Of a DNA stretch of 64,000 bases, positions 40,957-46,979 are shown one piece after another. Source of the stretch: Verrucomicrobiaceae bacterium. Lineage in GTDB: Bacteria > Verrucomicrobiota > Verrucomicrobiia > Verrucomicrobiales > DEV007. Within the stretch, counting starts at the first letter, position 1. Each line of letters starts with the position of its first letter. The notes under the pieces were generated by a model. It was not told where the DNA came from, ran no database searches, and saw nothing but the letters and a program-made list of their open reading frames with translations. The stretch covers positions 5,144 to 69,143 of the forward strand of contig JAAESJ010000233.1 in the NCBI GenBank assembly GCA_024229495.1, read 5' to 3'. The position numbers were made by a program, and so were the translations under genes.

Positions 40957-40981
40957 GCGCCGGGGTAATTCCAGAGCTTTA

Positions 40982-41329
40982 CTAGAGCTCGGTGTATTTT
41001 CGGTTTGAACCGCGCGCTTTCTCTATCGGGTATTTCTCGGCGTTTTTTTGCATCTTGGCCAGAATAACGTCCCCGAGTTGCAGTCCTAGGTTGTCAGCAA
41101 GCTCGAAGAGGTAAACGGCAATGTCCGCTATTTCATCGGCAATTGCGCCGGGTTTGTCGAGAACGGTGGACTCACTGGCGGGATAGTCTTTCCAGAGGAA
41201 TATTTCCTGTAGCTCGGCTGACTCGATGGCGATTGCCGCGGCAAGTTCCTTGGGATTGTGGAACTGCATCCAGTCGCGTTCGTCCCGGAATTCCTTGATT
41301 TTACCGGTAATTTCTTTGATTGAGTCCAT
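40982..41329 (-). CDS. MazG-like nucleotide pyrophosphohydrolase
   Basis: 115 aa. FRDERDWMQFHNPKELAAAIAIESAELQEIFLWK...EIADIAVYL is the typical all-alpha NTP-PPase pattern. Confidence 0.75.
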   Translation of the reverse strand: MDSIKEITGKIKEFRDERDWMQFHNPKELAAAIAIESAELQEIFLWKDYPASESTVLDKPGAIADEIADIAVYLFELADNLGLQLGDVILAKMQKNAEKYPIEKARGSNRKYTEL

Positions 41330-41374
41330 AGCAGTTTCTTGCAGTTAATTGGGTTGGCCTTAGACTGCCATAGC

Positions 41375-41677
41375 ATGAGCAAGGCGAACCGACAACAGGA
41401 TGAACAGGATAAACGTCGCCGGATCGGACCGTTTTGGCTGGGCATATTGACTGGCCTGCTGATTACCGCGGTCGTTTTCCACCGTGATGTCCTTGAGTTG
41501 CTCGTTGATGCCTCCGACAGCGTCCTTCCGGTGATTACCATGCCGGGCCTGTTGGAATTAACCTTGGGGCTCATTGGATTTGGAATCGTGCTTTTCGTCA
41601 ATCACCTGTTGCGTCGCGAGCAGCGTGACGAGTGGGTTTTCCTGGAGGAGGAGGATTCCCAGGAAGGGGACAGCTAG
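41375..41677 (+). CDS. Hypothetical small membrane protein
   Basis: ORF with two hydrophobic segments (FWLGILTGLLITAVVF and LTLGLIGFGIVLFV). No family motif. Coding status uncertain. Confidence 0.35.
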   Translation: MSKANRQQDEQDKRRRIGPFWLGILTGLLITAVVFHRDVLELLVDASDSVLPVITMPGLLELTLGLIGFGIVLFVNHLLRREQRDEWVFLEEEDSQEGDS

Positions 41678-41701
41678 GGTGTAAGGAGGTTGCCGGAAAG
41701 C

Positions 41702-42004
41702 CTAGTTGACCGGGTTGAGTTCCCTGAGTAACTCATAACTAAAGATGCCCGTATTGTGTCCGTCACTGAATGTGAATTGTATTGCGTACCCGCCGATAAT
41801 TTCCCATCCAGTCACGCGAATTCCGGTAAAATCGGTCTGATCGCTTCCGCCCATGCGGTTGCCCAGCAGGTCAGTTTCCCCTTTGTTCTCTGCGCTCGGT
41901 GAATTGGCGCGCAGAAATTCCATCGGGTGGTAGCTCTCGCTCCCGTCATCCCAGCGGATGGCGATTTCTCCGCCGATGGCCTGAATCGTTTCCGGGGCGA
42001 TCAC
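41702..42004 (-). CDS. DUF971 (gamma-butyrobetaine hydroxylase-like N-terminal domain) protein
   Basis: IAIRWDDGSESYHPMEFLRANSPS...YAIQFTFSDGHNTGIFSYELLREL matches the DUF971 layout. The track ORF (to 42166) overlaps msrB; in-frame GTG 42004 sits 4 nt after the msrB stop. Confidence 0.55.
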   Translation of the reverse strand: MIAPETIQAIGGEIAIRWDDGSESYHPMEFLRANSPSAENKGETDLLGNRMGGSDQTDFTGIRVTGWEIIGGYAIQFTFSDGHNTGIFSYELLRELNPVN

Positions 42005-42008
42005 CAGT

Positions 42009-43076
42009 TTACTCGGGTGTTTCTTTTTTTCCTGCAAATAGGTGCAGGTATTCACCGTATCCCTCCTCGACGAGCTTGGACTTGGGGATAAAGTGCAGTG
42101 AGGCTGAGTTGATGCAGTAGCGTTGACCACCTTTTTCCGGGGGGCCGTCATTGAATACATGGCCAAGGTGGGAATTGCCGGTCTTGGCCCGCACCTCGGT
42201 TCGCGCGTAGCCGATCTTGAAGTCGGTTTTAGTCTCGATTTCCCCCTTGTCTATCGGTTTGGTGAATGCCGGCCAGCCGCAACCGGAATCATACTTGTCT
42301 TTTGAGGAGAAAAGGGCTTCCCCGGAAATGATGCACACATAGATTCCTTCATCGAAGTGTTTGTCATACTTGTTGGTCCAGGCGCGCTCGGTGGCTTCAT
42401 GTTGGGTAACCTGGTATTGAAGGGGGGTGAGCGTCTTGCGGAGTTCTTCATCAGAGAGAGGCTTGTAGGTTTCGCGTTTTGGCATTGGCTTAATGCTTTT
42501 ATCTGGTGAGGATTGGCTGGAGGCAGTTTTTTCGGGAGAAGTTGCGGGTGCGGGATTGTTTTGCTTGGGTGCGGGATCGGTTCCCTTGATGGGTTGCATA
42601 TCAGTTCCTTTTTTCTGTATCATGAGCTGATACTGGGTTTCATCAATTTGTAGGCCTGAGCCGTCGTCCAAGACCACAGCGCGCGTATTGTTGTACACCC
42701 AAGGACTGGCGAGCATGATTTTTTGCTCCAAAGAGAGATTGCCATGCAGTCGGTTGTATAACACATGACGGATTTCGCCGGTTTGAGGATGCTTGAAGCG
42801 AGTCAGGGTATAATTTGATCCCTCTTTCTCATTCTTGTTTTCAAATGCAGCGTTAGAGATGGCTTCTTCCAGATTCTCTGCCGGGAACTTGTTTCCAAAT
42901 GCACTAAAGATTAAGCCGTGGATGCCTTTTAGCTTCTGTATCTCTTTGGACTGCGTTGCCGCAGTTCGCATGTCCTTACAGGCAGTTGTTGAGAGAGCCC
43001 ATGTGATCAGCGTAGCGAAGAGGATATGGGTCGGAGCTTTGGCTTTATTGATTGTCATATGAGCTATTTGTATCAT
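42009..43076 (-). CDS. msrB: Exported peptide-methionine (R)-S-oxide reductase MsrB fused to an unknown ~200-aa N-terminal domain
   Basis: C-terminal [18 protein letters not shown]...[32 protein letters not shown]...GHVFNDGP...RYCINSASL is MsrB. The N-terminus has a signal/lipobox-like segment [16 protein letters not shown]. Alternative start ATG 43058. Confidence 0.8.
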   Translation of the reverse strand: MIQIAHMTINKAKAPTHILFATLITWALSTTACKDMRTAATQSKEIQKLKGIHGLIFSAFGNKFPAENLEEAISNAAFENKNEKEGSNYTLTRFKHPQTGEIRHVLYNRLHGNLSLEQKIMLASPWVYNNTRAVVLDDGSGLQIDETQYQLMIQKKGTDMQPIKGTDPAPKQNNPAPATSPEKTASSQSSPDKSIKPMPKRETYKPLSDEELRKTLTPLQYQVTQHEATERAWTNKYDKHFDEGIYVCIISGEALFSSKDKYDSGCGWPAFTKPIDKGEIETKTDFKIGYARTEVRAKTGNSHLGHVFNDGPPEKGGQRYCINSASLHFIPKSKLVEEGYGEYLHLFAGKKETPE

Positions 43077-43422
43077 CGTCTGGCGAAATGAGGTGTTACA
43101 AAATACGGCACAAATTGTAATGACCTTAATTACTGTAAGCGGAGTAAAATTGTATAGGTATAAGTCTTCAATTTTTACTGGGTGTTTGTTGGAAATGCCA
43201 AAAGTTCAATAAGGAAGATTCCAACCCCTATCCATACAGCCTGTTACCTGAGGGTTGGAGCGTTAGCTGTGGGTTTGCGTTCGCATGAGCAGGCAAGGAA
43301 AAAGGTGCTCAAACCAAAGAGCAGGGACAGGGCAAATTTCATGGCAATTCGTGTATTTTGTTGCATTGCGGGTCTTTAGGAAGTCTATAGGATTATTGCC
43401 CTTTGTGCAATAGGAGTGCTCA

Positions 43423-43438
43423 AGGCTTCATGAAGCCT
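43423..43438. promoter_or_regulatory. Perfect 16-bp palindrome AGGCTTCATGAAGCCT upstream of the Fur-family gene (candidate operator or hairpin)
   Basis: Verified by eye. It lies ~55 nt upstream of the fur-family start. A second inverted repeat, ATTGC-N7-GCAAT, is at 43395-43411. Confidence 0.35.
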
Positions 43439-43492
43439 GAGAGCAGGGTTGATATTCCAAATTTCACAAGGTATTAAAGGGGTGAGATCGTG

Positions 43493-43939
43493 ATGGCAGA
43501 GGCAGAAACAACCAAAGAACGTCTGGAGTGGGCCATTGCTGTCTGCAGGGAACGCGGATTGAGGCGAACCAGGGCAATGGAGGAACTGTTACTTGCACTG
43601 ATTGCGGCGGATCGTCCCCGGACACTGGCCGAACTGTGCGGGTTGGAATCTCTTTCCGAGCAGTGTGATAAGGCCACTGTGTATCGACTGCTGGGAAGAT
43701 TACAGGAGAAGGGGGTCATTCGAAGGCTTGGGTTGCATGAACGCGCGGCTTACTACGCCTTTGCCTATCCCGGTGAGCATTTTGATTATCTGGTGTGCAC
43801 GGATTGCGGGAAGATTGAAGCGCTGGACCTGGAGTGCCCGGTTGAGACCCTCGAGAAGGAAGTCATGAATAGGACCGGCTTCTCGGGGCTCTATCATGAG
43901 TTGGAATTTTTCGGCAGTTGCCCTCAGTGCGTGGGTTGA
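43493..43939 (+). CDS. Fur family transcriptional regulator (Fur/PerR/Zur type not resolvable)
   Basis: ~148 aa. A wHTH region (RTRAMEELLLALIAADRPRTLAEL...ATVYRLLGRLQEKGVI) is followed by CTDCG...CPQC structural-Zn cysteine pairs. Confidence 0.8.
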   Translation: MAEAETTKERLEWAIAVCRERGLRRTRAMEELLLALIAADRPRTLAELCGLESLSEQCDKATVYRLLGRLQEKGVIRRLGLHERAAYYAFAYPGEHFDYLVCTDCGKIEALDLECPVETLEKEVMNRTGFSGLYHELEFFGSCPQCVG

Positions 43940-44029
43940 TGGCAGGGATTGTGTTGCCTGGAAGTTTGGCAATTACCTCCCTTGACAGCATCCAGAATTT
44001 CACTGAAGTAGATCAATCGTAATGAAAAG

Positions 44030-44112
44030 GCCAGGGTGGCGAAACTGGTAGACGCGCCAGATTTAGGATCTGGTGTCCTTCGGACGTGCAGGTTCGATTC
44101 CTGTCCCTGGTA
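44030..44112 (+). tRNA. tRNA-Leu (anticodon TAG), type II with long variable arm
   Basis: GCCAGGG acceptor stem / GTGGCGAAACTGGTAGACGC D-arm / CCAGA-TTTAGGA-TCTGG anticodon arm (TAG at 44064-44066) / GTGTCCTTCGGACGT variable arm / GCAGGTTCGATTCCTGT T-arm / CCCTGGT-A. CCA is not encoded. The overall pattern is close to enterobacterial tRNA-Leu. Confidence 0.9.
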
Positions 44113-44219
44113 TTGATTTCATTGCTGATTAGTAATCCTTTGTGCGCAGGGGAGGAAGTTCATTATCCCTGGAAGGGGCAATGTTGACAATCTTATGGGC
44201 AGGGGGCATTTTATGAGAC

Positions 44220-44813
44220 ATGAGGTTTCGAGGCATGGCATTAATGACAATGTGCGTGGCAGGCCTGTTACTGGTTCCTGCATGGCAGCTACGGGCTGAT
44301 CTTCATCGCTTTGAAAATGCCGATGGAAGCAAGTCCTTCTATGCGGAGTTGCTTCGCGTTGATAACAAGAAGCAACTGGTGACGGTTCGTATGGTCAGTG
44401 GCAGGGAAATGCACTTCCCGGTTTCCATTCTCAGTAAAAAAGACCAGGAATGGGTTGATGTTCAGAAAGAGATTCTTGCAGCGGGTCGCTGGCTACGGCT
44501 GAAACTTACCGGAGAGTGGGGCAAGAGGACAGTGACCAAGGCGGAGTCATCAAAGACGATTCTCAGTGAGCGGCTTTACTACTCCGAATTGTCCAATTTC
44601 GGCTCCTTGCCACTCAAGGACCTGGAGATCACCTACAATATTCACCTTTTCCGGGATGATGGTAAGAGCGGTAGCCGCTCTGTACGCACGCACACTGAGA
44701 AAGTCAGCTATCTGAGTTCCGTTCCGCGCAGGGACGGGTTGGAGCCTGTCGTGCTCTCCCAGACCATGCCCCTGAGCAGGGTGAGCGGGAGTAGCGCTCC
44801 CGGAGGAGGGTGA
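44220..44813 (+). CDS. Secreted SHD1 (SLA1 homology domain 1)-containing protein
   Basis: Signal peptide MALMTMCVAGLLLVPA. DGSKSFYAELLRVDNKKQLVTVRMVSGREMHFPVSILSKKDQEWV matches the SHD1 pattern common in PVC bacteria. It ends at TGA 44811-44813, but the same frame stays open for 46 more codons (see findings). Confidence 0.6.
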   Translation: MRFRGMALMTMCVAGLLLVPAWQLRADLHRFENADGSKSFYAELLRVDNKKQLVTVRMVSGREMHFPVSILSKKDQEWVDVQKEILAAGRWLRLKLTGEWGKRTVTKAESSKTILSERLYYSELSNFGSLPLKDLEITYNIHLFRDDGKSGSRSVRTHTEKVSYLSSVPRRDGLEPVVLSQTMPLSRVSGSSAPGGG

Positions 44814-45088
44814 TGTCTCTCCCCAAGATCGGTGAGTTCACCGAGGAGTTCAGGTCCCAAGGTTGACTACAAGCGCGATGCCGTGGAGAAGATCGTGGTG
44901 ACGGTTAGCAAGTCGGGGCAAGAGGTCTTTCGCTACTCCACGGGCGACTAACTAGAAGCAATATTGCAGGAAAGTGGGCTTGCGTTGCCGGAATTAATTA
45001 GGAAGTATTGACTTTTTTTCCTATATAAATCGACTTACTGCGGGTTTTCCTAATTCCAAACAGTACGCTAGGATATGCGTCTAATTTA

Positions 45089-46948
45089 TTGGATAAATTT
45101 ACCATGGCATTTGCACACAAGACGGACATCGCTGTAATTGACTGTATAGGTGGCACCTTCGCGCAGGCGGTCAATTCACCCTTCATCATTGGCTCGGGAC
45201 CGGAGTGTCACCTTAGGGTGGATGATGACCGGGTCCTTGATCAGCACTGCTTGATTGAGAAGACAAAGAAGGGGATTCAGATCAGGGCAGTGCAACCGGA
45301 CCACCCAAGTGGGGAAATGGTGATCAACGGCTCATCAGCCAACCTTTCTCCGCTCAAGCGCCCCCAAGAGTATTCACTACAGATTGGCAGAAGCTTCCTG
45401 ATCATTGGTGCGGCTAAGGCGACCAAGGCGGAGGTTCTTCAGCGTTGGGGAATGGAGATCAGAAATACGGGTTGGATTATCAACAAGTCCAATGCAGCAA
45501 GTGCTTCACGTCCGCTGGCGTTACAGGAGGTATTCGCGGCCCGGGACGCCATGGCGTTGGACCCGGACTCAACACCGGTATTCAAGGGGGGAAGTCAGGT
45601 GGGGTTTTACCTGCGACAATTAATGATACGTGAGGATGCTTCGCATGTGGCGGCGCCGATGGCAGTGGTTGAGGATGCGGTAGATGCTCCGGTGGCAACA
45701 CGAGTTGAGGAGGGTGATGTGCGCCCGCCAGATGTAACTCGATTTGTTGACAGCGAAATTGGCGATTTTGGATGTCCGACATGCTGGTTGCGATTCGACA
45801 GCGGTGACGTCATGCACGTTGCCGTTCATGAGTCACTCTTTGGAGATCCGCTCCTGGGCGAGGAGCACATGAGACGATTTGAGGCTACCCGGTTCAATGA
45901 CCGGGGGCAGGCCCTTGATGAGCAGGGGGTGCCATGCACGGAGATTGCCTGTCCGCATTGTCGACGAACTCTGCCTCCAGGATTTTTTGATGATCCGCAT
46001 CGTATCTTCTCCATTGTCGGTGCACCGCAGTCCGGTAAGTCCTATTACCTTACCGTGTTGATCAAGCTGTTGCAGACTACGCTATTCAAGAAGTTTGGCA
46101 TTGTCTTCCGTGATGCCGACCCGACCGGTAACGCTCCGCTTAACGAGATGAAGAGTCATCTGTTCAGTGCGCAATCTCCCGCTCAGGCATTTCTCACCAA
46201 GACCCAGCTTGAGGGAGAGATGTATGAGCGATTGCCGCGGTATGACAAGATGGTTACTCTGCCCAAACCCTTCATTTTCTCTCTTTCCGGCGCTGATACA
46301 GATGAGGGCGCGTGTTCGGTTGTGTTTTATGACAATGCCGGCGAGCATTTTCAACCCGGGCAGGATTCAGCCAATTCCCCGGGGGCACAGCACATCGCCG
46401 CCTCTGATGCGATCTTTTTCCTTTTCGACCCGACAATCAACCCTGACTTCAGGGCCTGCATTACCGGGGCGGATGATCCGCAGCTTTCCTCACACGTCTC
46501 CGATCAACAGGATGTTATCCTTGCCGAGACCGAGGTGCGCATGAAGAAGCTTTTAGGCTATGGCAGGCGGGAACGAGTCGATACGCCATTTGCGGTGATT
46601 GTAGGCAAGTGTGATGCCTGGATCGATAAAATTGGGGTTGATAAATTCCGTGATCCTATCGCTGACGGACGCATTGACCTTGGTGCCATTGAGGAAAACT
46701 CTGCCCATGTGCGTGCATTAATGGAGGAATACTGTCCCTACATCGTTGCCAACGCGGAGACCATTTCCTCCGACGTTACTTATTTTGCGTCAAGTGCCTT
46801 CGGTCATACCCCGGTCACCTTTGAGGATGACAAGGGGATTACCCGCATTGGTCCGGATCCCACAAAGATCAACCCCATGTTTGTCGAGGTGCCGACCTTA
46901 TGGGCGTTGTCAAGAATTCAGCCGGAGCTTGTTCCCTCGTTCCGCTGA
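45089..46948 (+). CDS. FHA-like domain + split zinc ribbon + TRAFAC-type P-loop GTPase (gene 1 of a three-gene operon)
   Basis: 619 aa. The FHA-like region is FIIGSGPECHLRVDDDRVLDQHCLIEK...MVINGSS...YSLQIGRSFLII (aa ~17-107). The zinc ribbon is C229PTC232 ... C288PHC291. GTPase motifs are G1 GAPQSGKS (nt 46019-46042), G3 DNAGE (46331-46345) and G4 GKCD (46604-46615). No TM segment. The start is TTG 45089 or ATG 45104. Confidence 0.75.
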   Translation: MDKFTMAFAHKTDIAVIDCIGGTFAQAVNSPFIIGSGPECHLRVDDDRVLDQHCLIEKTKKGIQIRAVQPDHPSGEMVINGSSANLSPLKRPQEYSLQIGRSFLIIGAAKATKAEVLQRWGMEIRNTGWIINKSNAASASRPLALQEVFAARDAMALDPDSTPVFKGGSQVGFYLRQLMIREDASHVAAPMAVVEDAVDAPVATRVEEGDVRPPDVTRFVDSEIGDFGCPTCWLRFDSGDVMHVAVHESLFGDPLLGEEHMRRFEATRFNDRGQALDEQGVPCTEIACPHCRRTLPPGFFDDPHRIFSIVGAPQSGKSYYLTVLIKLLQTTLFKKFGIVFRDADPTGNAPLNEMKSHLFSAQSPAQAFLTKTQLEGEMYERLPRYDKMVTLPKPFIFSLSGADTDEGACSVVFYDNAGEHFQPGQDSANSPGAQHIAASDAIFFLFDPTINPDFRACITGADDPQLSSHVSDQQDVILAETEVRMKKLLGYGRRERVDTPFAVIVGKCDAWIDKIGVDKFRDPIADGRIDLGAIEENSAHVRALMEEYCPYIVANAETISSDVTYFASSAFGHTPVTFEDDKGITRIGPDPTKINPMFVEVPTLWALSRIQPELVPSFR

Positions 46949-46979
46949 ATGGGTTTGAAGGCTTGTTGATAGAAAGTCC

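Noticed and set aside
43182-43379. 65-aa ORF in the msrB / fur-family intergenic region.
   Set aside because: No motif and no convincing start context. It lies in a region more plausibly occupied by divergent promoters and operators. It is left unannotated, although a small protein cannot be excluded.
44813-44866. A 17-codon ORF (MSLPKIGEFTEEFRSQG) starting at the ATG that overlaps the TGA stop of the SHD1 gene. I first read it as evidence for two frameshifts.
   Set aside because: Re-reading showed that the downstream protein-like segment is in the same frame as the SHD1 gene. A single in-frame TGA explains the pattern, and the +1-frame mini-ORF is not needed.
45008-45030. A sigma-70-type promoter for the GTPase operon: TTGACT (45008-45013) and TATATAAAT (45022-45030).
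   Set aside because: The spacing between the two hexamers is only ~8-10 nt instead of 16-18, so they cannot act as a canonical -35/-10 pair. The region is AT-rich and probably contains the promoter, but I cannot place it.
45470-45625. A possible GYF_2-like module between the FHA-like domain and the zinc ribbon of gene 1 (TGWIINKSN...RPLALQEVFAARDAMALDPDSTPVFKGGSQVGFYLRQL).
   Set aside because: Only the overall W...(G)P...L...V(W/F)..G...(W/F) spacing is reminiscent, and key Gly-Pro and Trp positions are substituted. It is too degenerate to call without a profile search.
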